Assembly: GCA_001179505.1 (NCBI GenBank)
Contig: CDMY01000859.1
Span: 1-64,000 of the forward strand
Direction: 5' to 3'
Length of the DNA: 64,000 nucleotides
Source: Vitrella brassicaformis CCMP3155
Lineage: Eukaryota; Protista; Chromerida
Positions 35,371 through 48,538 of the stretch are shown one piece after another. The notes beneath the pieces were generated by a model. It saw only the letters and a list, made by a program, of their open reading frames with translations, did not search any database and was not told the origin of the DNA. The first letter of the stretch is position 1. Each line of letters starts with the position of its first letter. Made by a program: the position numbers and the translations under genes.

Positions 35371-36182
35371 CTTAGGTTGGTGGGTAGGTGGGTGGGTGGG
35401 TGGGTGGAGTGATATGTATGCATCACAGGCAGCGTCCAGGCAGGCAGGCAGGCAGGCAGGCAGGAAGGCAGGACGTGTGTGTGCATCGACCAGTGAGGCA
35501 TGTCTCTCTCTGACGAATTGAATCGGCTGGCCCGGTGGCAAAACGGTAAATGGGTGGGGTGGGAGGGCGGTGGGTGGGTCCATGGCAAAAACAGCTCTGA
35601 TGCCGAGCAACTGAGCGAGTGTTCGAGTGCGCATTGCATCGCAACGCAGCGCATCCACCCAAAGAGAGACGACAAGACAGACGAGGCAAGAAAGAGGTAG
35701 GTAGTTTGACAAAGAAGAGATAGATGGCACGTGTGTGTGCTAGCCGGCGAGTCAGACCAAAAAGTGATAACAGCCAAGCGTAGACAAAATCGTAAAGGAT
35801 ATACGATAGATACGTACGGATGGATGGATGGATGGACTCTTCCCACCCCCCCTCGGCCAGTGAGTGCATCCATCGGCCATGCATGGGCAAAAAGAACGAA
35901 AAGAGAGACCGTTAGCGCAAAAGCAGAGCCACCAACCACCATAAGTAAAGCGTGTGTCACCAGGCAGGCCAGGCAAGAAGCATGAGCAATATGACATGTA
36001 TGAGGGCGGGCGCGGCGTGTGAGTGCATCAGTTAGGCATACGGCATGGCGGGCAGGCTGAGCGTGGAGATGACGACGGCCAGACGGCAGACAAGAAAGAG
36101 AGATCCAAAATCGACGTATCCAACTGTGTGCATCAGGCGGCAGACAGCCCGACTGGACTGACATAGAGCACCAGTCCGTTGC

Positions 36183-36215
<33 letters not shown>

Positions 36216-37566
36216 CGCCCCCTGAATGAGTGAGTGCACCATGAATCTTTCTCTCGTGTGACGGGCGTACAACTCTTGTCTCACATACAGGACGCACACG
36301 AGAGCCAACAGCCCTGTCCCTCCCGGTCAACCAACCACTTACACGCGTACATACATACGTACATACATGCTGTAAATGATAAGTCATTGATGCGATCCAA
36401 CTCCATCGGGTGAATCAATCAATGGGCTCACTGCTGACTCGTACTCACTCCCCTGCTTTCCCCACCCCCACCCACACGCCGCACCACACAGACACAGAGA
36501 GATGCAACGAAACACCGCGACGGATAAAAAGAACTGACTGGCTGCCACGCAAGAGAGAGAGAGAGAGAGCGAGCGAGCGAGAGAGACGAGAGAGCCGTAA
36601 GCCACAACGGAGTTCGTACGTACGTGGGGCACGCCTTCCATGAGCTGTCCATTCGGACGGCAGCAGAGGGAAAAACACGAAAGACGCGCCGTAAGTAAGG
36701 CAACCAGCCAGCCAGCCAGCCAGACAGCATACATCGACAAGACAGAGGTAGAGAGCGAACGATGACATGAGATGGGTTTGGTGCCTGAGAGTGGCCACGA
36801 GACAGATGCATGAAGAGCAACACAGATAGATACACGACATGAGCATGCACCAAGTAGCACGATGTCAGTGAAAAGACTCTCTCTCACCCGCGCCCCTCCT
36901 GTATGCAGTCGTACTGTGTAAAAGGATTCCCCTCGCCTGTCCGCCCATCCCCCGCCCGCCAAAATCGCATTTATTTATCAGTCAGGGAAGCCAGCCAGCC
37001 ATTCAGTCAGTCAGTCAGTCAACCAACCAGCCAACCGATCAACAGCATCCATCGTCGTCATTGCCTTAATGTCCTCCTAATCGTCTCGCCTATGTGTCAC
37101 AGATTGTAACTGGCTGTACCAACACAGTGAGTGTAGCATAGCGTAGCGCAATATGCAAGCACAGCAACAGCAAGGACGGCATACATAGGAGAGCCAGCGT
37201 CGTCCTAGTTAGGCCTAGCAGTCTGGCAGGCAGGCAGGCAGGCAGGCAGTCAGGTAGCAATCAATAAGAGACGGGTGGGTGGGCTGACTGGCGTGTAGAC
37301 AAAACTGACACACGAGTCGGCATGCAGCGATGGTGCGATAAGATGCGATGCGATGCGATGCATTCTTGCATGCCATAGCTAGGACAAAAACGGACGCACA
37401 CGGGCAGGCAGACAGGTAGACAGGGTGGATGTAGAGCGATACGTCACGTCACGCGCACCCAAGCGCAGAGCAGACATGTAAAAAACAGGCAGGCAGGCAG
37501 GCAGGCAGACCACACTCATGGATAAAGCAATGCATCGCATTAACTGATACATCTCCGTCGCTCGGC

Positions 37567-37866
37567 NNNNNNNNNNNNNNNNNNNNNNNNNNNNNNNNNN
37601 NNNNNNNNNNNNNNNNNNNNNNNNNNNNNNNNNNNNNNNNNNNNNNNNNNNNNNNNNNNNNNNNNNNNNNNNNNNNNNNNNNNNNNNNNNNNNNNNNNNN
37701 NNNNNNNNNNNNNNNNNNNNNNNNNNNNNNNNNNNNNNNNNNNNNNNNNNNNNNNNNNNNNNNNNNNNNNNNNNNNNNNNNNNNNNNNNNNNNNNNNNNN
37801 NNNNNNNNNNNNNNNNNNNNNNNNNNNNNNNNNNNNNNNNNNNNNNNNNNNNNNNNNNNNNNNNNN
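37567..37866. other. Assembly gap (300 N)
   Basis: N run. Confidence 1.
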
Positions 37867-39738
37867 TCCCCCCCCCCCCTCTCTCTCCCTGATGCACGGG
37901 GGGCGGGTAGAAGGCCAGGGGAGGGAGGGAGTGTGACGGAGGGTCAGGGGGACAGAAAAAGCCCGCTCTACCTATCACCTGCCTCTGTTGTCTGCCTGAG
38001 TGTCTGTCGGTGTGTGTGCGCATGGCAGGTGGTGGCTGTACAAACAACACGATGTCCACTTGATGGCCGAATGGTGTATGTGATGCACGCCACGACATTC
38101 TTTCTCTTCTCTGCATGGAGGAATGATGGATGGATGTGTTGCCCCCGCCCCCACCCCTCTCACACACACAGACAGGCACAGCCAGACGGTGGATGGCTCT
38201 ATAAGCCATGAAAAGCAAAGCCAGACAGACAGACGTCTAGACGGCAGGGACCGTCAAGCACACACCATCGTACATTCCCACACGCATGACTTTCTCCCTC
38301 TCCCCGGCCCCCTCTCATTTCAGTGTCTGTGGTATATATAAGAAAGAGCCGTAGTCTACAGGGAAAGTGCTGTCTGTCTCTCCGCCTGCGCGTGCTCTCA
38401 ATAAGTCGTCCTCCCCCTCTGCTCCCCTCCGCTCGCCTCTCAGTCAGCTCACACGCACGCAGCAAGGGAAATGGGAACATATGTATGTCGATCAGCAGCA
38501 CCAGCCAGCACACACTCACACACAACACCTCCGCAGCAAAAAAAACCACAAAATGCGGGCGGCTTCACGTGCATACGAGGCAGGCAGGCAGGCAGGCAAG
38601 GGACGTGTGGCAGATATACATGTATCGGGTCGGGTACGCCATGCATAAGCCACAACACACACTGAATGCTTCACCTAGCTAGGGAGGGATCTACCTATCT
38701 TGCGCAAACGCAACTGTGCAATGCAAGTGTCAAAACGGACGGCAAGTAAGGCAAACAAGTAGGTGGGGTGGGTCGATCGTGCAGACAGACAGACAGACAG
38801 ACGGACAGACGGACAGACAAGACAAACATCCTCTCGACCGCCCGTTCGCCCGCCCCACGCAAAGTAAACAAGCTACCTACAAACGATACAACACAACACA
38901 ACACAACACAAGACACTACACAAAGGTCGGCAGGCTGGCTGGCTCAGATTCTTCCTGTTGGTCGCGCCGCTGTCCGGCTGTCAGATCTCTAGTGGCAATC
39001 CACTCCATCATGAGACAGAAAAAACCCTGTGTATCTCTCCGCCGGTCAACTCTTTCTTCTCTTCTTCTCGTCTCATCTCGTCCCCAGACAGCACTTTCCC
39101 GCTCATGTCAGTCAGCCCCTTTCTCGGTCAAAATCCAGCACGGCACATACGCAGCCACTGAGACAGTCAGGCACAGAGACAGGCAGGCAGGCAGGCAGGC
39201 AGGCAAGAGAGTGAGTGTGTCCAGTTAGTCAGCCAGGTCAGCACAGCACACCGAATCGCTACTGTTCGGTAGATCGGTCGGTCGGCCGACCGTCCGTCAG
39301 CAGGCAGAGAGGGGAAAGCCAAAACCATACCAGCAAGCTGCCTGCCTTGTGTCTGGGTATGTCTGTGTGTATGCAATGCAACGTACACGCCACTGTTGCT
39401 GTCCGTCCAAACCCATCCAGCTGGCACCGCTGTCCGCAGTGATCAGTCGCAGCGGCCTCGCGTCTGAACCACTCAATCGGCACATCCATACACATCCATC
39501 CATCCATGTGACTACCTACCCACCATCCTGCCTGCCTGCCTGCCTCATGCCAAGAAAAAGAAGGTGAGAAGCATTGAGAGATACGCACAGGTACGCACAG
39601 CGCCCCTCCCTCCATCCCTCCCTCCATCCCCGCCCTCTCTCTCTTTCTGTAAGCCCTCCCCAACCAGCTAGCGCATGTGTCCCGATGGACACCTGACACA
39701 GCAACACGTCAAGCCATCCATCCATCCATGGGTGTGTG

Positions 39739-42019
39739 TCAGGATGGCCCGACGCTGGCCACAGGGGCGTCTGTACACAGGTCCATGAAGTGGCGCTTCA
39801 ACCGCTCCTCTATCCGCTGCTTCGACTCGTCATGCGATGAGGGTGGCGCCGCCGGCACCAACGACAAGTGGTCGCCCTCTGCCCTGCCGAGGTCGTCGTG
39901 ACCTTCTCCACTCCTCTCCGCCGATGGTGGTTCTTCGGGCAGCGGGAAGAGGTTCGGCAGCGACACGATGGTCTTAAGACGCGACCCCAGCTGATGGCCG
40001 ACCGCAGGATCGCTGCTGCTGTGCACGCCCACCTTCGCCTCCGGCTCGCCCTCTGGCGGTGTGATCGTGACGGGCGCCACAGGTACCGACGGTGCCGCAG
40101 GCCTCTTGTCAATGGAGGCAACAAACCTGACAGAAAAAAGGAAACCATGAGCTGAGCTGACCATTCGCGATCGTGAGTGACCCTTTGGTGACGAACGAAC
40201 CTGTTGTTACTGGTCGCCGGCTGTGCTGGGCGTTGTGTGGTGGCGTGGGGTGATGCCCTTGGTAGGGGGGAGCATGAGGGTCCGTTGTCGCTGGTGCGGC
40301 TGGGGTCGTGGCTGTGTGTGGGGGTGGCTGACGAGAACGACTGGCCGAACTCCGAGAAAAGGGTGCATGTCGTCAGCTCCGACTGGGCGTCGTGGGCGTT
40401 CCGCGCCGAGCCATGGGACAAGGGCAGACTGCCCAGGCTGCTCAGCCGCAGGAAGGACTTCTCGTCAAAGGCCACACTGCTCCTGCCCGTCCCCGACGCG
40501 TTGGTGCTGCCCTCGGACACCGACTTCTTCGGCGGCTGGCCAGCCTTGTCACCACCACCCTCCTGCGACCCCGCTGCCGCCCCCTGCTGCCCCTCCCTCT
40601 GCTGCCACCACAGCATGCACAGCTGTGGCGCGTCGGCAGAAGAAGTCTCCGACCCAGGCGACGGCGGAGAGAGCGGGGGCTCACACGGCGAGTAGTAAGC
40701 CCCCGACCGCTGCTGCATCTGCATCTGCTGGGCGGTGGGCTGCTGTCCGTATGGCGAAGGGGCGGCCATGGGCGATGCGTGTGTGAGGGGCAGGAGGGCT
40801 GACTGGGGCATGGATTGCGAGTGGGGTAGAGGGGGGTATCTGTGGTTGTATCGTACGGGTCTGTCGCCGATGGGTATGAGGGGTGCCGGTGGGGGGAGGG
40901 CGATGCCGAAGATCTGCTTGAGCTTCTTGGATATCTGGTCCTGCTTCATCTCCAACCACACCTCGCTCACGCGAAGATTGTAACGCATACGCGCCTGCAT
41001 TGCATTAACGACAGTCAAAGAAACGCACACACACAGACAAATCAAATCAACCTCGCTGCCTTTCATTCGCTGTGCGGTCGGTATTCACGTGTGCTTACCA
41101 AGCACGACAGCACGGATGCGTTGAAGAGTTCCACCATCCTCCTGAATGACCCCGAGAACCGCCGCCTCCGCAGTCCGACCTTGCCCGCCGCCGCCCCGGC
41201 AGTCATGACACCGGCCGACGCAGGCACCGCATTGGGGGATGCCTCAGACGTGCGGGACGACCGACAGCTCGTCACGGTGTCGATGGCCGTCGACTCGGAC
41301 CGCGCCTCCTCCCTGCTGCCGCCATTGGAGTCATTCGTCCTCCTCGGCCGTGGTGATGCCTCGGCGCTGGAGGTGTTTGCCTCTTGGGTGCCGGCTCTGT
41401 TGATGTCGTCGACATAGACGAGGTGGAGGCTGGAGAGGAATGGCCTCAGGGAGATCTCGCGGTCCTCGTTGTACGAGAAGGCCAAGTACAGCAGCGACAG
41501 CAGCTCCATCGCCTTCTGGAAATGGGAATCCGCCGGTGAGGAGGTCGCCACAGGGACAGGCAGGGAGAGGGGAAGGTCAGACGCCTCGCCCTCGTCGTCT
41601 TCGTCGGGCTCCTCGTGCAGCCGCTCGATGAGGGCCATGAGGCACATGAGGATGGTCTTGAGCGAGCCATGGTCCAGATCCCGCTTCATGACCGCCTTGA
41701 GGGCCGTCATGAAGGGCACGGTGCAGACGGTCTCCGCCTCCCCTTGCGGCAGCGACGCGTCGTCACTAATGTCGTGCAGGAAGCCCAGCTTGGCGTCGCC
41801 AGCCCTCCTGCCCTTGTTGGCGCGCGCATCTGGCACCCGCAGGCCGAACTTGGCTAATATGTCGAGGCAGATCTGCTGGATCTCCTTGTGCAGCGAAAGC
41901 CACACGTCTGCCGCCACCTTCTCTGCCCGCGCCTTGAGGGGTGTGAGGATGTTCTGTGTCGGGTGGGGTGCGGCAGGCTCCGTTGCTGGCACCGGGATAG
42001 AGAGAAGGTTTGCCGCCAT
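39739..42019 (-). CDS. Hypothetical protein with a possible CDK5-activator (p35)-like cyclin-fold core and a long low-complexity C-terminus; 3 exons
   Basis: Exon 1 is ORF 41063-42019, spliced TTG|gtaagc to atgcag|GCG CGT ATG. Motifs LLYLAFSYNEDREISLRPFL and SFRRMVELFNASVLSCLARMRYNLRVSEVWLEMK. The gene is well supported; the family call is tentative. Confidence 0.7.
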
Positions 42020-42470
42020 CGATAGATGGTCCTCCGCTAATCCGGGCCTACAACCACCGATGACACGTGCACGTCAGGAGACTAGGGGTGATGGCAAACA
42101 TTCGACGGCCTCGGAAGGACGCAAGCTCGACTTCGCGACGGAACGAAACCCTTCCCTGCGGCGAGAATTAAACGGCTACCTTCACCACTGTCCACCCCAG
42201 AGTCGAGTGCCTTCTGCCTGATAGAGTGGCTCGCGCGACTCTGCCTCTGTCTTCCGTCTGCCGTCCTCTCCCGTAGTGAGGCCTCCCTCCTCGAGATCTA
42301 CCTCTCCCTCTCTTCTCCCTCCCACGGTGTCCCTACAAAAGCACACTGCAAGCAGCTCTTAGACAGCGGTGACTCTCCAAAAGGCGTTGTGATCTAGAAG
42401 ATGAGCCCAGCGGGCGCTTCAGCGCCATCTGTGGAGGAGCCGCAGGCGTCTCCCATGACGTGACACGAGG

Positions 42471-43027
42471 ATGAGTGGCACGGTTTCCTCTGCCAGCCTC
42501 CAGACGCATATTTCTGCGTCTGTCGGCACCCCCATCGGCCTGTGCAATCAACACGTAAGTGCGTTTGCAGTGAGTGGGTTGGGGGATATGTGGCCATGGG
42601 ATGTGCCTTTCGCTTTCTTCTGTCGTTCTCAGCACCGTCTGAGCTTGGCAGCATCAGAGGCAGACAGCGAGCTGGCAGCACGACGGCCGACACTGGCTGA
42701 CATGAGGCATGACGCTGAGAGAATGGGCCAGCGGCTGTCTGCCCACTTCATGGAGGTCAAGGACAGCTTGCAGGGACTCCTAGAGGTCAGAAGAAAGTCA
42801 AACACTCACTCACACATCACACAATGGAAGGACGCTCTCTGTGGTATCCCTGCTCGTCCGTCCAGCAATGCTCTGACTCGTACGTTCGGTGCGCGCTGGA
42901 GCAGAAGGGCGTGCACGACAAGCTGCAGCGGGACATCACTGCTCTCAAGGCGGAGAAGGTCTCACTGGCAAGGCAGCTCCAGGATATGGACCAGAGGACG
43001 AGACGGATCGAGGAAGACATCGGATAG
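42471..43027 (+). CDS. Small hypothetical coiled-coil protein; 3 exons
   Basis: MSGTVSSASLQ...|HRLSLAASEADSELAARR...EVKDSLQGLLE|...EQKGVHDKLQRDITALKAEKVSLARQLQDMDQRTRRIEEDIG*. Confidence 0.6.
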
Positions 43028-43621
43028 ATGACACTTGGAAAACTAGAGGGAAGGAATGTAGGCAGGTAGACATCTCCTGCAGACAAGCAGGTCGAAGTGC
43101 ATTGCAGAGACACTGTGTTGCCGACTGAAGCACCAGTCGTTTTCTGATTAGTCTGGTCTTCGTTCTTGATGCACACGTCGGCACGTGTGTGTCATGTCAG
43201 TGGGGGAATTGGCTGCGTGTGGCTGATCTGTACCTGTGTGCGGCTGTGAATGGGTGCGTGCATACAGGTAGGGATCGATGCATGACAGTGTGTGCGGCTG
43301 TCGATGGAAGGGAGGGAAGGACATACACCTGGGGGTGCGAATGAATGGTGTTTTGGTGTAATTTGCATCAAGAAGAGCCAAGACGTCGATCGTGTCGCAT
43401 CACTTTTCGTGTCGCATCACACGCACTTACAGGAGCTACACACGGCGCGGTTTGTCCACCTGCCCGCACCACCTCTATCCATCCATCCATCCAAAACCTA
43501 TAGACCCACATGATGACCATCTCTCTAGCTCGTAGGAGGAAACCCCCGCCCCTCTATACACATACACACTCCCTGCCTCCCTCCCTCGCTCGTATATACA
43601 CACACCTACACAACCGATCCG

Positions 43622-46316
43622 TCAGCTCGTGATTGGGGGCTCTGCGGCTGTCGGCTGCTGCTGGTGCCCCTGTATCAGGTTGGCCTGCAGGTGGTAGGCC
43701 AGGTTGGTGTCGTCTGATGCTGCCGGCTGAAACTGTGGCGCCGCATTGTCGGGATTCAGCTTCTTGAACTTGACCTGAATGCGACACCGCATTGCAATGG
43801 ACACGACACACGCACAGATACACAATGGACGCGGTGATATGCTCTTGTTGCTGTGTGTATCTGTGGCGCTGACCACTTGTTTGAAGATGTACTCTAGAAT
43901 GTGTCGCGCGCTGCGCTTCTCGCCCAGGTGCTGAACCAACACATGAGTCTCAGAAGGAATCGCTTGTCTGGGGTGCGTCCACTGCCCCGTTTCGTTCATT
44001 ACCTGGTTGATGGCGAGCACTTCTCCGGCCTGCCGGACGTAGTACTCGATGTCGTCGTCGCTGCACTTGTTGGTCAACTGAGCCAACTGGATCCTGAACA
44101 AACACACGGCGCAGGGAAGCCGCTGAGCCAAACGGCCCAGAGGTTGCCTTCCCGTGTACCTCTCAGATGCGAATTGTTCATCGAGGTCGAACAGGTCGAG
44201 GGCCGGAGGGGGCGGGTCACGGTAGATTGGCGGGAACACTGAGGCGGACAGACACACAGCCACACAACGGATGCATGCCATGCATCGAAAACAAGAGTAC
44301 TTATACCTGCTGGCTGCAGTGGCGGCAGTGGTGTCTCGAAGCTTGGCGGGATCAGCGACAGCGGCTCGTGCTTGATGCCCATCTCTACAACACACCACAC
44401 CAAACCACAAACCACACACAAAACGTCGGGCTGCCAGTGTGTGCCTGGGTGCCTGCACGTGACATGGCTGACTGACCTTGATAGAGTTTGATAGCGCTGG
44501 GAATGAGTGAGGTGTCGAATCGGAACAGCGAGTCGTCGAACAGCTGAGTGAAGTCACGAGGGAGCGGCTCGGGCTCCTGCAGACACACACACGGCAGCAC
44601 AGGCACCACATTCACATCCTCACTCGGCTCAGTTGGCTACCTGCAGGCATGGCTTGAGTTGTTCAGCGATGCTGGCCGTCTGGGGGGCGTAGTGGTACTC
44701 GTTGATCTCGGGCTCTGAACACACACACGGAGCGGGATGGATGCACGGGCACGCTATGCGATGCTATGCGTGCTGTGTGTGTGTGATGTCTCTCTCTCAC
44801 CTTCTCCATATGGGTAGGACAGCTCGCAGTCGTTGCGGTGCAGCAGCCACTGAAACAACACATCCTGCATAGACCACACAGGCAGTGCCACACAGGTAGG
44901 TGGACAGCCATACGGCCGGCAATGGGCGGATTGATGCCGAGGCTGACCTGCAGCCTCGCATTTCGTTCCTTGTCGAAGTATTCATCGTCGAATATCTTGA
45001 CGCTGCTCACCACCAGCAGCCGACCCGTCGGACCACGCACACCCTCACTGCTGTAGGCCGCCGCCACCGGCCTGCACGCAACATACATGGCATAGAAACA
45101 GGATGAGATGAGATGGAGAGCTGGCTGTTGGTGTGTTGGGTCAGAGACTGACTGGTTGAGTTGACCTGTTGCATGGGTATGACACGTGGCTGCTGCTGAG
45201 GATCGGCACCGCTGGCTTCTGCACATTCAGCGTCGCACCTGATGCCCCATCAATGTCAGTCACACTCAGCTTATACGCAAGATCCATCCATCGTATGTCC
45301 GTCCGTTCTCACCGCACCGTATGGGAAGACGAAGTCAAGCCCGGATCGTGCGCTCTGGCCCATCTGTGCCCCGGCATCCGGCGCATCCCTCAGCACGTTC
45401 AGCTGCGACACGAATCCTGCATCCTGCATACACCATTGCGCCGGAGGTGAATGTACCCGCTGCCGTCATTGCGCATGTGTGTGGCATGTAGGTGTCGGTG
45501 TGGGTACTTTTGCCTTCCTCTTCTCGCCCTTTGCGCATCTGAGGATGTCGCGGCAGAGAATCCCCTGAGAGATGAAACACTCCTGACATAGACAGGTAAA
45601 GGACTAGAATGAGTGGTTTGAGGGGTTGTGTCTGTGTGTCAATGTGGCGAGAAGGTGTTGTGTGTGTATGGGTGTGTGAGTGTGTTGCCTTAGGGTGTGG
45701 GTATTTGTAGAATGCGGTGCGGAGGACGGCGTCCGAGTTGACGAAGATGCCGTACTGCTCCAGCAGGTAGTTCACATTCGTCGGGTACCTAACACACACA
45801 CACACACACAGAGTGGTACACACGTGCGTATCTCCCTCCTTCTGGTATGGTTTTCCTCTCTCTGCCCACCTTGCCTCCCCTCCCTGGCCAATCATGATCA
45901 GGATGCTCCCACCTACGCGCACTCGTGCACAAACCGACCGATGCCCTCATTGCTGCACTCTGGGCGCCTGTGTTTGACCCACCAGCGTCGATGTATTCCT
46001 TCATGGCTTCGAACTCCTCCCCACTGAATGGCTCACGGGGGCCGGCAAACACCACCAACTTGGCCTCGCGCAGCCGCTCCGCCGTCAGCGGCTCCTTGTT
46101 GATCCCACACTGACCCAACACACAAGAAAGACCCGTGTGGCCCTCCATGCGGCCGCCGTGCATTCTCACCTGCACTTCTGTCCTGAGTTTGCGGATCATC
46201 TTTTTGAAGTTGGTTTGCGGCACGGCGGCCTCCTTCTTGGACACGTCAAAGAGCACCAGATCCCCCTCGCCAGGCTCCGCGCCGTTGCGCTCCGCCACGT
46301 GATTCATCGTATGCAT
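43622..46316 (-). CDS. IFT52: Intraflagellar transport protein 52; many exons
   Basis: VLFDVSKKE, FKKMIRKLR, LVVFAGPREPFSGEEFEAMKEYIDAGG, TNVNYLLEQYGIFVNSDAVLRT.FYKY.HPK, EPEPLPRDFTQLFD, IKHEPLSLIPPSFETPLPPLQPA|VFPP, LDLFDLDEQFASE, LAQLTNKC.DDDIEYYVRQAG. Confidence 0.97.
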
Positions 46317-46601
46317 CTTTTGAGAACAGGATGTGATGATCACAGCTTGAGAGCCCCTCACACGGACGCAGCGCACAGATCCACGGCGGCGTTTTTCCCG
46401 AGATCTACAGTTGCGAGCTCAGAGAGAAAGGGGAGTGGAAGAGAGAAATGAGAAAGGAAAGTGAGCATTCCACAGCTCTCCTTATCACTTTAACATCACC
46501 TTTTGAAGCAACATCACGTTGATCTTCGTCTGTCGATGAATGCACGCTGATCACTGACCGCCCTGCCCTCAGCGCTTGTCGGGCAACAGGGAGGCTCCGG
46601 C

Positions 46602-48538
46602 ATGAGTCGCGGCAGCCTGTTCCAGCGTGCGCCTATCCCCGAGGCCAAGTTCCAGAAAACGGAGGATGTGACCAAGGAGAGAGATGCAGACGGCAAGAAG
46701 CGAATCAACCAATACGTCGTAGGGGAGCTGCTGGGGCAAGGTAGTGGGGAAGGGGCCTGCATGGTGTGATTCATGGGACGAAGAAATGCAACAACTCCTT
46801 CCATGTTTGCTTCTCCTCTCTGTGTGTGGTGTGGTCAGGTACGTTTGGGCGAGTGAAGCTCTGCCACGACACAGTCACGGGGAATCGATACGTAAGTGGG
46901 CTCACAAGACCGACATGTGCTTGACCCGACGACCCAGGGCCGTCCGCCACGTGTGTCTTGTTGGCATGCGTCCATCCATCAGGCGATGAAGGTCTTCAGG
47001 AAGCAGCAGCTGATGCGCAAAAAGGACTTCCAGAACGAGGGACCGGGCCGCGGCATGAGTGTAACCACACGCAGCAATCGATATGTACAGATTGGATCGT
47101 GCACGGACCCGTGGGTGTGTTTGGTGTGTGCAGGTGACGACGGCCTTGTCCAAGGTGTACAATGAGATTGAGATGATGGAGAGCTACAGCTGCCACCCGA
47201 GATGCGTCAACCTGGTGGAGGTGCTCGAGCACCAGGACTCACAGAAGATATACGTCGGTAAGTGCGTACGCAACACAGACGGACCCACAAATGGATGGAT
47301 AATGAATTCATCCACGATCTCTCTCCCCCTCTCTCTCTCTCTCTTGCCTGTCTTTCTGGCCCTTTTTAGTCATGACGTTAGGTGAGGTCGGCAGCCTGCT
47401 GACTTATGACGAGTGTGAGGGCACCTACACCGCCCCAGTGCCTGGCGAGTGGATCCCTGCCTCATCCCAGTCCACCCAGTGCTCCTCCCGCTCATCCACC
47501 AGCAGAGGCAGATCCCTGGCCATTCCCGAGCCCATCGCCAAATGCTTCATCAAGGACGCACTCGAGGGGATCGCACACTGTGAGTGAGGGGAGGACACAT
47601 GGGGGGTGCCTTGGGTGGCAGACCACACCCCTGTATGGTCTCTGTTTTGGGTGTGGTGTGGATGTGGTCAGTGCACGAGCACGGTATCGTGCATCGGGAT
47701 ATCAAGCCCGACAACTTCTTCATCACCACTCAGGGCAGGGTGCTGCTCGGTGAGGAAAATGATGGGCAGCAAGACGTCATCTCATCCATGTGCCCTCCCT
47801 CCCTCTGGCTGCTCAGGTGACTTCACTGTTGCGTCCAAGGTGGACGAGCACGGCCGCGTGAGGGGGACAGAGGGCACCTACTCGTTCATGCCGCCCGAAT
47901 GCTGCACACCGACCGACGGTATGCGAAAAGGGGACACCTAAACTGTTTGTAGGCTCTCCCCTGCGTTGTGTGTTCGCTTCAGAGAGTCAGGAGTACTCGG
48001 GTCACGACGGCAGGGCGGCAGACATGTGGGCTCTGGGCGTCACGGTCTGGGTAAGAAAGGATCCCAAACAACACTCACGGACATGCACACACACAGAGCC
48101 GTGAATGTCCGGCTTGTCTTATTCGTGTGCAGGTGGTGTTGTTTGGCAGTTTGCCCTTCCAGAAGGCCAACCTGAAGGAGCTGTTCGAGAGCATCGCCGA
48201 GTGCCAGTACCGCATCCCCCCAGACGCACCCGTCAGCCCTGAGGGTCTTCACTTCATCCAGGCCGTTCTCGTCAAGGACGCCACCAACAGACTCACCGCC
48301 AAAGACGCACTGGTCAGCTGAACAGTCTGGGTCACAAGACAGACGAACGCGAAACTATCTTCACGCGTGTTACTTGTATGTGTGTCAGGCTCATCCGTGG
48401 GTCAGCACGGCGGACTTTTCGCAGCTGCCGGCCTACATCGAGGCGGCGCTGAAGGTGAAGGAGGAGCGGGCCAAGAAGGCGGCCGAGGACGCCTCGGTGT
48501 CGGGTAGCTCCTCATTCACCGGCATCCTCAGGCCATGA
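46602..48538 (+). CDS. Ser/Thr protein kinase, CAMKK-like; many exons
   Basis: KKRINQYVVGELLGQ|GTFGRVKLC, AMKVFRKQQLMRKK, VYNEIEMM, HPRCVNLVEVL, IVHRDIKPDN, GDFTVAS, GTEGTYSFMPPEC, AADMWALGVT, LPFQKANLKELFESI, NRLTAKDAL|AHPW. Confidence 0.92.

Larger units (their letters stand above)
34400..39560. repeat. Long non-coding, microsatellite-dense tract: (CAGG)n, (GGGT)n, (GACA)n, (GA)n, poly-C
   Basis: Many tetranucleotide arrays, a ~28-nt C run at ~36184-36211, two gaps, and no credible coding exon found. Confidence 0.8.
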
